Source: Eledone cirrhosa
Taxonomy: Eukaryota
NCBI GenBank assembly: GCA_964016885.1
Contig: OZ024765.1
Coordinates: 8,432,001-8,496,000, forward strand
DNA length: 64,000 bases
Reading direction: 5' to 3'
Positions within the stretch are counted from its first letter, which is position 1. Each line of letters starts with the position of its first letter. A model generated the notes under the pieces. That model was not told where the DNA came from. It worked only from the letters and a program-made list of their open reading frames with translations, and did not search any database. The position numbers and the translations under genes are program-made. Shown here in pieces: positions 50,201 to 64,000 of the stretch.

Positions 50201-53200
50201 TCACGTTTTTGGTCCTCACGTTGTAGAACATGCTTGAACTAGCAATTCTGAACACCTCACGTTTTTGGTCCTCACGTTATATGTATATATGTATATGTTT
50301 ATATACATAGTTAACAAGGATGTGAAGTTCTTTACAAAACAGGTTTTAGTTAAAAGATGAAGACTATTGAAAATTCAGATTAGATTTTTTCTAATCATCA
50401 TCATCATCATCATCATCATCATTTAACGTCCATGTTCCACGCTTGCATGGGTTTGGACAGGAGTTTTCCCACTTGAGGCAAGAGTGGTTGTCTTGCTCCC
50501 ATAGGACTGTCTGGCAGGTTTTCTACAGCTGGATGCCCTTCTTAACACCAACCACATTTACAGTGTGGGACAGGGAGGTTTTTACCGTGTTGCCTACACG
50601 GCCACATTACAGCGTGGACTGTGTGTTTTTTTGTCGTGACACCTACACGATCTCATTTGTTTCGGCCTGGATGTCGTGGCACCAACGTGACTTTATATTG
50701 AAAGGGGCGGTGTGGATGGGGTGGGGGTGGTGTGACGGGGACGTATTTTGTTAGAGATGCCTACTGACTGTAGTAGGTTTACTTTGTATTTAGGCAAAGC
50801 GGGTCTTCTCTATTACTGAGTACCGCCAAAGATCTCGGTCCAGTGACATTGTCTTGGAGAGGTGTAAGTGTGTGAGGTCGGAATTTATCAGGTCGTCCCA
50901 GGTTTTTCTGGGTCTGCCTACTTCGTGGCTACCGTCTATCTTTATTGCCCTGCACTTTTTTATACAGCTGTCGTCTTTCATGCGCATCACGTGACCATAC
51001 CAACGTAGCCTTCTCTCGAGTAAACAACATCTGATCCCTCTTATTTCTAATTTTTCCCTTAGTTTGTTTATGCTTTGCCGTTCACGTATATTACTATTAC
51101 ACATCCAGCAGAGCATACAAGCTTCGTTCCTCTCTAGTCTGCGTATATCCTCTGCACACAATGCCCAGGTCTCACTGCCATGCAACATTGCTGTTCGTAT
51201 GCAGGCATCATACAACCTGCCTTTCATTTTTAGGGAGAACCCTTTAGCGGCTAATAGTGGTATAAGCTCTCTGAACTTTTTCCATCCAGTTCTGACTCTA
51301 GCTACTGTACTTTCAGAGCACCCTCCCCCACTGCTGATTTTGTCACCCAGGTAACGGAAGCTGTCCACTATTTCTATAGAACCCTCTGCGCAATTGAAAG
51401 AGCTAGTATTATGTGGGCACTTGCTGCTACTTATTGCACCAGAGCACCGGCCACATGTAAAATCTATGTTCTTAGTTAGCTTACCTGTGATCCCACTACA
51501 TCTTTTATGCACCCATACTTTGCATTTGGGACATAAAATGGAGTTTCTACCTATGCCTTTCCTACACACTGAGCATAGCCATTTCCCAGAAGGGACCGGC
51601 GCCTTATTTTCTTTCCTTCAAACTAGAACTTTAGTCTTAGCCAGGTTAATTTTAAGGCCTTTTGATTCTAGGCCGTGCTTCCATGTTTGGAATTTCTTCT
51701 CTAGCTCGGCCATTGATTCAGCTATGAGCGTTAGATCATCTGCGTATAGGAGTTCCCATGGGCAGCCGGTCTTGAACTCCACTGTTATAGCCTGAAGGGC
51801 AATAATAAATAGTAGGGGGCTAAGAACAGAGCCCTGATGAACACCAACTTTTACACTAAACTCTTCACTATATTCGTTGTTAATTCTAACCTTGCTGACT
51901 GTTTCTTTATACATGGCTTGTATAGCTCTCACAAGCCATTCGTCAACACCTAGTTTTCTAAGAGCCCACCAAATAATGGAACGAGGGACTCTGTCGAAGG
52001 CTTTCTCCAAGTCAACAAAATCTAAGTATAGGGGTTTACTTTTAGCTAGGTACTTCTCCTGTAGTTGTCGTACAATGAAAAGAGCGTCTGTGGTACTTTT
52101 GCCTGACACAAACCCGAACTGCATTTCATCTAGATCAATTCTCTCTCTGATTAGTTGCGCTATTACTTTTTCCGTGACCTTCATGACCTGGTCGATTAAT
52201 TTAATGCCTCTATAGTTACTCCTATCTAGGGCATCTCCTTTACCCTTGTAACAGTTAATGATGATGCTGCTATGCCAGTCCTTCGGAACAACCCCATTCT
52301 GTATAACTTGGTTTACTATCCGGGTGACCATGGTGTGTCCCACCGTTCCAGAGGCTTTCAGCATCTCAGCAACTATTTTCGAAGGCCCAGCCGCCTTACC
52401 CGTTTTCATATCTTTGATTGCCTTACTTATTATACTACCATCGACTAACACTGCTGGTCCCTCTATTGGGTCGTTGTGGGGGAGACTGTCTTTCTCCCAT
52501 TTATTCTCCTCATTTAGAAGCCTTTCGTAGTGACACTTCCAAGCTACCTTCTTATCAGCGCCAGTGATGGCAAGTACGCCATCATCATTTAGTACACACT
52601 TCTCCCCAACAATATCACGGTTTTCCTTTACACATTGCCTAGCAATCCTGAACACCTCACGTTTTTGGTCCTCACGTTGTAGAACATGCTTGAACTAGCA
52701 ATTCTGAACACCTCACGTTTTTGGTCCTCACGTTATATGTATATATGTATATGTTTATATACATAGTTAACAAGGATGTGAAGTTCTTTACAAAACAGGT
52801 TTTAGTTAAAAGATGAAGACTATTGAAAATTCAGATTAGATTTTTTCTAATCATCATCATCATCATCATCATCATCATTTAACGTCCATGTTCCACGCTT
52901 GCATGGGTTTGGACAGGAGTTTTCCCACTTGAGGCAAGAGTGGTTGTCTTGCTCCCATAGGACTGTCTGGCAGGTTTTCTACAGCTGGATGCCCTTCTTA
53001 ACACCAACCACATTTACAGTGTGGGACAGGGAGGTTTTTACCGTGTTGCCTACACGGCCACATTACAGCGTGGACTGTGTGTTTTTTTGTCGTGACACCT
53101 ACACGATCTCATTTGTTTCGGCCTGGATGTCGTGGCACCAACGTGACTTTATATTGAAAGGGGCGGTGTGGATGGGGTGGGGGTGGTGTGACGGGGACGT

Positions 53201-56018
53201 ATTTTGTTAGAGATGCCTACTGACTGTAGTAGGTTTACTTTGTATTTAGGCAAAGCGGGTCTTCTCTATTACTGAGTACCGCCAAAGATCTCGGTCCAGT
53301 GACATTGTCTTGGAGAGGTGTAAGTGTGTGAGGTCGGAATTTATCAGGTCGTCCCAGGTTTTTCTGGGTCTGCCTACTTCGTGGCTACCGTCTATCTTTA
53401 TTGCCCTGCACTTTTTTATACAGCTGTCGTCTTTCATGCGCATCACGTGACCATACCAACGTAGCCTTCTCTCGAGTAAACAACATCTGATCCCTCTTAT
53501 TTCTAATTTTTCCCTTAGTTTGTTTATGCTTTGCCGTTCACGTATATTACTATTACACATCCAGCAGAGCATACAAGCTTCGTTCCTCTCTAGTCTGCGT
53601 ATATCCTCTGCACACAATGCCCAGGTCTCACTGCCATGCAACATTGCTGTTCGTATGCAGGCATCATACAACCTGCCTTTCATTTTTAGGGAGAACCCTT
53701 TAGCGGCTAATAGTGGTATAAGCTCTCTGAACTTTTTCCATCCAGTTCTGACTCTAGCTACTGTACTTTCAGAGCACCCTCCCCCACTGCTGATTTTGTC
53801 ACCCAGGTAACGGAAGCTGTCCACTATTTCTATAGAACCCTCTGCGCAATTGAAAGAGCTAGTATTATGTGGGCACTTGCTGCTACTTATTGCACCAGAG
53901 CACCGGCCACATGTAAAATCTATGTTCTTAGTTAGCTTACCTGTGATCCCACTACATCTTTTATGCACCCATACTTTGCATTTGGGACATAAAATGGAGT
54001 TTCTACCTATGCCTTTCCTACACACTGAGCATAGCCATTTCCCAGAAGGGACCGGCGCCTTATTTTCTTTCCTTCAAACTAGAACTTTAGTCTTAGCCAG
54101 GTTAATTTTAAGGCCTTTTGATTCTAGGCCGTGCTTCCATGTTTGGAATTTCTTCTCTAGCTCGGCCATTGATTCAGCTATGAGCGTTAGATCATCTGCG
54201 TATAGGAGTTCCCATGGGCAGCCGGTCTTGAACTCCACTGTTATAGCCTGAAGGGCAATAATAAATAGTAGGGGGCTAAGAACAGAGCCCTGATGAACAC
54301 CAACTTTTACACTAAACTCTTCACTATATTCGTTGTTAATTCTAACCTTGCTGACTGTTTCTTTATACATGGCTTGTATAGCTCTCACAAGCCATTCGTC
54401 AACACCTAGTTTTCTAAGAGCCCACCAAATAATGGAACGAGGGACTCTGTCGAAGGCTTTCTCCAAGTCAACAAAATCTAAGTATAGGGGTTTACTTTTA
54501 GCTAGGTACTTCTCCTGTAGTTGTCGTACAATGAAAAGAGCGTCTGTGGTACTTTTGCCTGACACAAACCCGAACTGCATTTCATCTAGATCAATTCTCT
54601 CTCTGATTAGTTGCGCTATTACTTTTTCCGTGACCTTCATGACCTGGTCGATTAATTTAATGCCTCTATAGTTACTCCTATCTAGGGCATCTCCTTTACC
54701 CTTGTAACAGTTAATGATGATGCTGCTATGCCAGTCCTTCGGAACAACCCCATTCTGTATAACTTGGTTTACTATCCGGGTGACCATGGTGTGTCCCACC
54801 GTTCCAGAGGCTTTCAGCATCTCAGCAACTATTTTCGAAGGCCCAGCCGCCTTACCCGTTTTCATATCTTTGATTGCCTTACTTATTATACTACCATCGA
54901 CTAACACTGCTGGTCCCTCTATTGGGTCGTTGTGGGGGAGACTGTCTTTCTCCCATTTATTCTCCTCATTTAGAAGCCTTTCGTAGTGACACTTCCAAGC
55001 TACCTTCTTATCAGCGTCAGTGATGGCAAGTTCGCCATCATCATTTAGTACACACTTCTCCCCAACAATATCACGGTTTTCCTTTACACATTGCCTAGCA
55101 ATCCTGAACACCTCACGTTTTTGGTCCTCACGTTGTAGAACATGCTTGAACTAGCAATTCTGAACACCTCACGTTTTTGGTCCTCACGTTATATGTATAT
55201 ATGTATATGTTTATATACATAGTTAACAAGGATGTGAAGTTCTTTACAAAACAGGTTTTAGTTAAAAGATGAAGACTATTGAAAATTCAGATTAGATTTT
55301 TTCTAATCATCATCATCATCATCATCATCATCATTTAACGTCCATGTTCCACGCTTGCATGGGTTTGGACAGGAGTTTTCCCACTTGAGGCAAGAGTGGT
55401 TGTCTTGCTCCCATAGGACTGTCTGGCAGGTTTTCTACAGCTGGATGCCCTTCTTAACACCAACCACATTTACAGTGTGGGACAGGGAGGTTTTTACCGT
55501 GTTGCCTACACGGCCACATTACAGCGTGGACTGTGTGTTTTTTTGTCGTGACACCTACACGATCTCATTTGTTTCGGCCTGGATGTCGTGGCACCAACGT
55601 GACTTTATATTGAAAGGGGCGGTGTGGATGGGGTGGGGGTGGTGTGACGGGGACGTATTTTGTTAGAGATGCCTACTGACTGTAGTAGGTTTACTTTGTA
55701 TTTAGGCAAAGCGGGTCTTCTCTATTACTGAGTACCGCCAAAGATCTCGGTCCAGTGACATTGTCTTGGAGAGGTGTAAGTGTGTGAGGTCGGAATTTAT
55801 CAGGTCGTCCCAGGTTTTTCTGGGTCTGCCTACTTCGTGGCTACCGTCTATCTTTATTGCCCTGCACTTTTTTATACAGCTGTCGTCTTTCATGCGCATC
55901 ACATGACCATACCAACGTAGCCTTCTCAGTGTCAGTGATGGCAAGTACGCCATCATCATTAAGTACACACTTCTCCCCGACAATATCACGGTTTTCCTTG
56001 ACACATTGCCTAGCAATC
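38216..56018 (-). repeat. Megasatellite of 5'-truncated RTE-A: 2456-bp period, 7 long copies plus a terminal internally deleted copy
   Basis: ORF pairs repeat at exact 2456 offsets (39338, 41794 ... 54074). (ATC)n tails at 40570, 43026, 45482, 47938, 50394, 52850, 55306. All long copies share a TGA stop in KTKVLV* and the LDFVD change. Confidence 0.97.
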
Positions 56019-56151
56019 ATATAGTATAAATAATTTTAGAATTGATATATTAAAATAACTGGTATTAATTGGTATAACTTATCAAATATTGTATATTACT
56101 TATTAAATATTCTAAACGTTTTTCATGTAATCTGTGAGCAGTTTGGATATA

Positions 56152-57148
56152 CAAAGACAGGAAGAATACCTAGCTAAAAGTAAGCATCTCTACCTAACAT
56201 TTGTTGATCGGGAGAAAGCTTTTGACAGAGTGCCCCATGACATAATTTGGTGGGCTCTTAGAAAACTAGGAGTAGGTGAGTGGCTTGTGAAGGCTGTACA
56301 AGCCATGTATAGAGGAGCAGTCAGAAAAATCAGGATTAACAATGACTATAGCGAGGAATTTAGCGTACAAGTTGGCGTCTACCAGGGCTCTCTCCTGTTT
56401 ATTATCGTTCTGGAGGCTATAACAGAGGAGTTTAAGACCTGCTGCCCATGGGAACTTCTGTACATGAATGATCTTACACTGAATCCATGGCGGAACTAGA
56501 GAAGAAATTTCAAACATGGAAGCAGCGCCTAAAAAGAAGGGGTCTTAAAGTCAACCTGACAAAGACTAAGGTTCTAGTAAGTAGAAGAAAAAACAAAACC
56601 CAGATCCCCTCAGGGAAATGGCCTTGTCCAGTATGTAGGAAAGGCGTTGGTAGAAATTTCATCCTCTGCCCCATATGCAAACTGTGGGTACACAAGAGAT
56701 GTAGTGGAATCTCAGGAAGTTTAGCTAAAAATGTAGGCTTTATGTGTAGCAGTTAGACTGGAACAGTAAGCAGCAAATGACCGCAAGAAACAAGCGCTAC
56801 CAAATTCTCGGAGGGCTCTGTAGAAACAGTAGATAGCTTCTGCTACTTAGGGGACTGAATTAGCAACGGTGGTGGGTGTTCTGAAAGTACAGTAACCAGA
56901 GTAAGAATGGTATGGAGGAAGTTCTGGGGAGCTACTACCACTGCTGGCTACAAAAGGCTTCTCCCTCAGAATGAAAGGCAGACTGTATGATGCATGCATA
57001 CATACAGCTATGTTACATGGTAGTGAGACTTGGATGTTGTGTGCAGAAGACTTGCGGAGATTGGAAAGAAATGAAGCCTGCATGCTCCAATGGATGTGTA
57101 ATAGTAATATGCAAGAAGGGTGAAGCATAAACGAACTGAGAGAGAAAC
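56152..57148 (+). pseudogene. Older, decayed RTE fragment (related to family A)
   Basis: EYLAKSKHLYLTFVDREKAFDRV...KWPCPVCRKGVGRNFILCPICKLWVHKRC with frameshifts and stops. Confidence 0.88.
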
Positions 57149-57259
57149 ATACAGTAGTAGTATCTCCCCCTCTCACAGAAACGTCTTCTCTTTCTTTCCT
57201 CCATTGTAAAGGTGTCCCCAGGGGTTCCGTTATTGAAATCCAATTACCCAGTCCTGTTT

Positions 57260-57435
57260 TTCGAAATATCCACAAAATAAACTCTACTCCCAAAGACGCC
57301 ATGTTACAATTAACATGCCGGGAGTATGAATATTCGTCAACATACGATTTGGGTTTTATTCTTCAGACTAATCTCATGGAAAGCCAACTTCCAAGTTATT
57401 GATCATCACACTTTTTTGTAATGAATTATATATAT

Positions 57436-57471
<36 letters not shown>

Positions 57472-57829
57472 GTATATGCTCTTTTATCTGTTGCAGCCAT
57501 TTCCAGCTGAGGCCATACTTGGGCACCACTCTTGAACAATAAACTGAATAATAAGAATGTATAATGTGTTTTGACATAAGTTTTTGAGGAAATGCTCTAT
57601 AAAATTAAAAAATCTTTTGTATATATATATGTATATATATATATGTATGTATATATATACACACACATATATATATATATATACGTATATGCTCTTTTAT
57701 CTGTTGCAGCCATATCCAGCTGAGGCCATACTTGGGCACCACTCTTGAACAATAAACTGAATAATAAGAATGTATAATGTGTTTTGACATAAGTTTTTGA
57801 GATGTTCTATAAAATTAAAAAATCTTTTG

Positions 57830-57880
<51 letters not shown>

Positions 57881-58100
57881 ATATGCATATATATATACAT
57901 ATATATATTGAACAATAAGAATACATAATGGGTTTTTACATAAGTTTATGAAGAGATTTTCTATAAAAATGTTTCAATAATGGGGGAGAAGTTAATTCGT
58001 GTAAATATTCCCATCACTCCACTCCATATAATATCGACAAAACTCTTCTCTCAAAGACGGAATATTATAATAAAACCTTGAAGTGTCTATACATACACAA

Positions 58101-58171
<71 letters not shown>

Positions 58172-58179
58172 AATTTATA

Positions 58180-58215
<36 letters not shown>

Positions 58216-59560
58216 TATAAATTTATGTTATGTATTTCTGTAGAAAAGTGAAGTTAAAGAAGAGTGTTATATGTATAATAAAGAGCTATTATACAATAAA
58301 CAATATAATATAATATAATATATATATATATGTGTGTGTGGGTGTGTATATATATATATATATATACTAGCCGAATTACCCGTGCCCTGCTGTGTTTCAC
58401 ACATTTTTTTTGTAAGAAAATGATGATTGATTTTAAATCAGTGATATAATTTATGGAGAAAAACTCTACATTTCAATATTACTCAATGTAAAATGTAATG
58501 CATGAAAAATTGGAAAACGTTATTTTTTGTAATATATCAAATCAAAATGTCATTATTAAATCTTATTCATATTTTGTCTCTTGTAAATAATTTTTTTTCA
58601 AAATATCAATTCAAAACTTGATCATTTCATTTTTGTGTAAAGCATTATTTTCAAATTAGAAATTCAAGGTTTAATCATTTATTTTTTAACATAATAAATA
58701 CATGAAAATATATTTCATACTTTGTCCTAATGAAGAACTTCAGGGTAAACAACATTTCTTGTCTTTGTTTGATTGGCTAAAATGTAAAGATATTTTGAAG
58801 TTCCAGTCCTTGAAACAGCCACATAAAACATGCCATGATTGAAACATGAGTTTGTCAGATCTATACCAATAGTTTTGAAAGTTTGACCTTGACTCTTATT
58901 GATGCTCATGGCAAAGCATGGCCTCATTGGCAACTGCAGCCTCTTAAATGTAAAAGGTAACTCGCTATCACTTGGTATATGTGGAATCCTCGGGATGAGA
59001 AGAGCTTGATCTTTGTAAGCCCTGAATATAATGGTTGCTTCAATCAAATTCTCATGCAATCTTGTTACAACACATCTTGTTCCATTTATTGGCCAACATT
59101 TTCACTATAGGGGGTTTAACCCCCATTAATGTGTCTTAATATTATTGAAATATGCTGAAAGTTTGTGAATAGGCATCGTATATCTTGTCATTTACCTATG
59201 GTTTAAATTTCATATAAATCGAAGGGAAAACATTTCAGTGTGGGTTTGTACCTCAGGGGAACCCTTTGATTAAAATGATATATACTTATCCAAGTACCCT
59301 GGGCAATGTAGTTTCAGAATATATATGGTTATGAGGGTCCATCTCCAAAACCATAGGAGGAGTTTGTGAACAAACAAACAAACAAACGGACAGGAACTAC
59401 AACTTTATATATATATAGATATACAAATATATACACACACATGCATATATATTATATATATATATATGTGTGTGTGTGTGCGTGTGTGTGTGTGTGTGTA
59501 TGTGTATGTATGTGTGTATATATATATATAGATAGATATATGTATATATATATATACATA
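57260..59560 (+). repeat. Paralogous compact copy of ~5480-6290 + 16515-16720 + 20640-22090
   Basis: Collinear near-identical blocks joined through TA tracts where the first copy has insertions. Confidence 0.9.
58367..59419 (-). mobile_element. Duplicate of the 1053-bp Helitron (helicase fragment 58727-59059)
   Basis: Same termini and the same flanks as 20915-21967, so duplicated with its flanks rather than transposed. Confidence 0.88.
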
Positions 59561-59627
59561 TATGTATATATATAAGTATGTATGTATACGTACATACATA
59601 TATGTATACAGACGTACAGTAGCATGC

Positions 59628-59709
<82 letters not shown>

Positions 59710-59856
59710 GTGTATATATATATATATAGATAGATATATGTATATATATATATACATATATGTATATATATAAGTATGTATGTATACGTACATACATATA
59801 TGTATACAGACGTACAGTAGCATGCATATATACATATATATATATATATATGTGTG

Positions 59857-59899
<43 letters not shown>

Positions 59900-60017
59900 A
59901 TGTGTGTATATATATATAGAGATAGATATATGTATATATATATATACATATATGTATATATATAAGTATGTATGTATACGTACATACATATATGTATACA
60001 GACGTACAGTAGCATGC

Positions 60018-60048
<31 letters not shown>

Positions 60049-60051
60049 CGC

Positions 60052-60150
<99 letters not shown>

Positions 60151-60261
60151 TATATATATATATAGATAGATATATGTATATATATATATACATATATGTA
60201 TATATATAAGTATGTATGTATACGTACATACATATATGTATACAGACGTACAGTAGCATGC

Positions 60262-60300
<39 letters not shown>

Positions 60301-60325
60301 CATACAGGTACACATATATATATGT
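59460..60325. repeat. ~190-240-bp higher-order repeat of composite TA/TG microsatellites (4 units, a fifth part at 60680-60838)
   Basis: Anchor TACAGACGTACAGTAGCATGC recurs at ~59607, 59805, 59997, 60241, 60714. Confidence 0.85.
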
Positions 60326-60453
60326 ACGTATCAGTTTAGCGAACGTTTATTATAACGCCCGCTTTGTTCGTTTGTAAACAAGCGAACAGCCTGATTTATG
60401 CCATACGGTGTTAAGGCAACCACGTCACCTTTTTGTTCAACACTGACACAGGA

Positions 60454-60496
60454 ACGATGTACTAGTTTCAAGCTTGTTAGCTATCATCAGCACCGT
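60454..60496 (-). ncRNA. Minimal type I hammerhead ribozyme
   Basis: Minus strand ACGGTG-CTGATGA-T-AGC-TAACAA-GCT-T-GAAA-CTAG-TA-CATCGT: 6-bp stem I, 3-bp stem II, palindromic ACTAGT stem III, GUA cleavage triplet. Confidence 0.75.
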
Positions 60497-60731
60497 ACAC
60501 CCTTCTGCCAGATAGTTGAACGTTCGAAAGTATATACTTTCCTTATGAAAATTAACGGCTGAGCAGCCTAATTTGCATATCGAGTGAGTTAAGTCGGCCA
60601 GGCGTACCGAAAACGATAAGTTGTAATATAATGAAACGAAATTTCATTTCTCACTCTTTGTACGGCACTTACTTAAATGTAAGTATGTATGTATACGTAC
60701 ATACATATATGTATACAGACGTACAGTAGCA

Positions 60732-60815
<84 letters not shown>

Positions 60816-60834
60816 CATACAGGTACACATATAT

Positions 60835-63800
60835 ATATAGGAAACGTATATCATATGAGAGAGGAGAAATCATCGACTGTTGAAATAAATCGATTTTTCC
60901 GTAATTGTGGCATTTTTTACCCAATAAGTTCGCCCATGACCCAAGTTAGAATATTTGTAAACATTCTGCTTAATTATTCATTTAATATTTTTGGAATTGT
61001 GTAAATGTATAAAATTGAAACATACATACAGACACAAAAATCTGCCTTTTATAGATAATGATGATGATGATGATATAAGTGTCTGAGCCTTCTACAATCT
61101 CACATATACCCAACCCAATTCTGAGGGAGATTTAGCATGGCACATGTTATAAAGCTGTACATTTGATTTACAAGTGCAGTGTATTTTTCATTGTATTGTA
61201 AGTAGTTGAGTATTCCAGACGAGTGTAACCTTTTATGGAGTTCTCGGGGAGATTCAGCATAACACACTATATGACAAAGTTGCTGTTTTGAATTACATAA
61301 TCCCAGAGAGAACATAATCCCAAATAAGGCAATAAAGCCACTAATATATAAGGGGTTACTGAGAAGTGAGAAGGACAAGACAGAGAGAACATAATCCCTA
61401 GTAAGGCAATAAAGCCCTAATATATAAGGGGTTACTGAGAAGGGAGAAAGTCAAGACAGAGAGAACATAATCCCTAGTAAGGCAATAAAGCCACTAAAAT
61501 ATAAGGGGTTACTAAGAAGGGAGAACATAATCCCAAGTAAGGCAATAAAGCCACTAATATATAAGGGGTTACTGAGAAGGGAGAAAGTCAAGACAGAGAA
61601 AACCTTTGCGAGGCTCAGAATTTTAAGATCTTAAACTCCTCTGCTCAGATATTCCTTGGTCTTCCTCAATGTTCATTCAATTGGCATCACATGACACTTC
61701 TTCACCTAACAATCACCATCCATACACATCACATGACACTTCTTCACCTAACATTCATCTAACAATCACCATCCATACACATCACATGACACTTCTTCAC
61801 CTAACAATCACTTTCCATTTGCATCGCATGGCACTTCTTCACCTAACAATCACCATCCATACACATCACACGACACTTCTTCACCTAACAATCACCATCC
61901 ATACACATCACATGACACTTCTACACCTAACAATCACTTTCCATTGGCATCGCATGGCACTTCTTCACCTAACAATCACCATCCATACACATCACACGAC
62001 ACTTCTTCACCTAACAATCACAATCCATACACATTACATGACACTTCTACACCTAATAATCACCATCCATACACATAACACGACACTTCTTCACCTAACA
62101 ATCACCATCCATACACATCACATGACACTTCTACACCTAATAATCACCATCCATACACATCACACGACACTTCTTCACCTAACAATCACCATCCATACAC
62201 ATCACATGACACTTCTACACCTAATAATCACCATCCATACACATCACACGACACTTCTTTACCTAACAATCACCATCCATACACATCACATGACACTTCT
62301 ACACCTAACAATCACCATCCATACACATCACATGGCACTTGTTCACCTAACAATCACCATCCATACACATCACATGACACTTCTACACCTAACAATCACC
62401 ATCCATACACATCACACGACACTTCTTCACCTAACAATCACCATCCATACACATCACATGACACTTCTACACCTAACAATCACTTTCCATTGGCATCGCA
62501 TGGCACTTCTTCACCTAACAATCACCATCCATACACATCACACGACACTTCTTCACCTAACAATCACCATCCATACACATCACATGACACTTCTACACCT
62601 AACAATCACTTTCCATTGGCATCGCATGGCATTTCTTCACCTAACAATCACCATCCATACACATCACACGACACTTCTTCACCTAACAATCACCATCCAT
62701 ACACATCACACGACACTTCTACACCTAACAATCACTTTCCATTGGCATCGCATGGCACTTCTTCACCTAACAATCACCATCCATACACATCACACAACAC
62801 TTCTTCACCTAACAATCACCATCCATACACATCACATGACACTTCTACACCTAACAATCACTTTCCATTGGCATCGCATGGCACTTCTTCACCTAACAAT
62901 CACCATCCATACACATCACACGACACTTCTTCACCTAACAATCACCATCCATACACATCACACGACACTTCTTCACCTAACAATCACTTTCCATTGGCAT
63001 CGCATGGCACTTCTTCACCTAACAATCACTTTCCATTGGCATCGCATGGCACTTGTTCACCTAACAATCACCATCCATACACATCACGACACTTCTACGC
63101 CTAACAATCACCATCCATACACATCACACGACACTTCTTCACCTAACAATCACCATCCATACACATCACACGACACTTCTTCACCTAACAATCACCATCC
63201 ATACACATCACACTTCTACACCTAACAATCACTTTCCATTGGCATCGCATGGCACTTCTTCACCTAACAATCACCATCCATACACATCACACGACACTTC
63301 TTCACCTAACAATCACCATCCATACACATCACATGACACTTCTACACCTAACAATCACCATCCATACACATCACACGACACTTCTACACCTAACAATCAC
63401 TTTCCATTGGCATCGCATGGCACTTCTTCACCTAACAATCACCATCCATACACATCACACGACACTTCTTCACCTAACAATCACCATCCATACACATCAC
63501 ATGACACTTCTACACCTAACAATCACTTTTTATTGGCATCGCATGGCACTTCTTCACCTAACAATCACTTTCCATTGGCATCGCATGGCACTTCTTCACC
63601 TAACAATCACCATCCATACACATCACATGACACTTCTACACCTAACAATCACCATCCATACACATCACATGACACTTCTACACCTAACAATCACTTTCCA
63701 TTGGCATCGCATGGCACTTCTTCACCTAACAATCACCATCCATACACATCACACGACACTTCTTCACCTAACAATCACCATCCATACACATCACACGACA

Positions 63801-64000
63801 CTTCTACACCTAACAATCACTTTTCATTGGCATCACATGACACTTCTACACCTAACAATCACCATCCATACACATCACACGACACTTCTACACCTAACAA
63901 TCACCATCCATACACATCGCATGGCACTTCTTCACCTAACAATCACCATCCATACACATCACACGACACTTCTTCACCTAACAATCACCATCCATACACA
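60835..64000 (+). repeat. Paralogous copy of 34165-38215 (Helitron 5' end, SINE relic, short 60-bp array, 42-bp minisatellite from ~61680 to window end)
   Basis: Collinear, near-identical unique sequence with different repeat counts. Confidence 0.92.

Noticed and set aside
38216-56018. Telomere-type retrotransposon array (HeT-A/TART-like)
   Set aside because: Units have identical truncation points and shared disabling mutations, and no telomeric repeats are present. This indicates DNA-level amplification rather than serial retrotransposition.
59397-60315. YIYI/HTHT ORFs here and elsewhere
   Set aside because: Translations of TA/TG microsatellites.
60571-60579. Octamer ATTTGCAT as an snRNA promoter element
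   Set aside because: No snRNA or PSE recognisable nearby; an 8-mer is expected by chance in AT-rich DNA.

Overview
Eukaryotic, AT-rich, repeat-saturated DNA. The (TA)n tracts and the SINE and RTE families suggest a cephalopod (octopus-like); that assignment is an inference. No intact host gene is visible. The window holds: a 3' LTR; a ~1.73-kb triplication carrying a hammerhead-like motif; a Penelope-like GIY-YIG element with a well-formed hammerhead ribozyme; two RTE-clade LINE families (one near-intact full-length copy, one long 5'-truncated copy, many fragments), both with a C4HC3 PHD-type finger inserted inside the RT; Helitrons; a decayed L1/Tx1-like LINE; SINE relics; and minisatellites of 48, 72, 60 and 42 bp. 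A ~17.8-kb array of a 2456-bp truncated-RTE unit occupies 38.2-56.0 kb, and its SNP pattern points to unequal crossover between two neighbouring RTE copies. The last ~7 kb is a compacted paralogous copy of earlier segments that lacks several insertions. The best leads are the RTE-derived megasatellite, kilobase direct repeats flanking RTE insertions, the PHD finger inside RT, a captured structured 3' UTR, and several hammerhead ribozymes.
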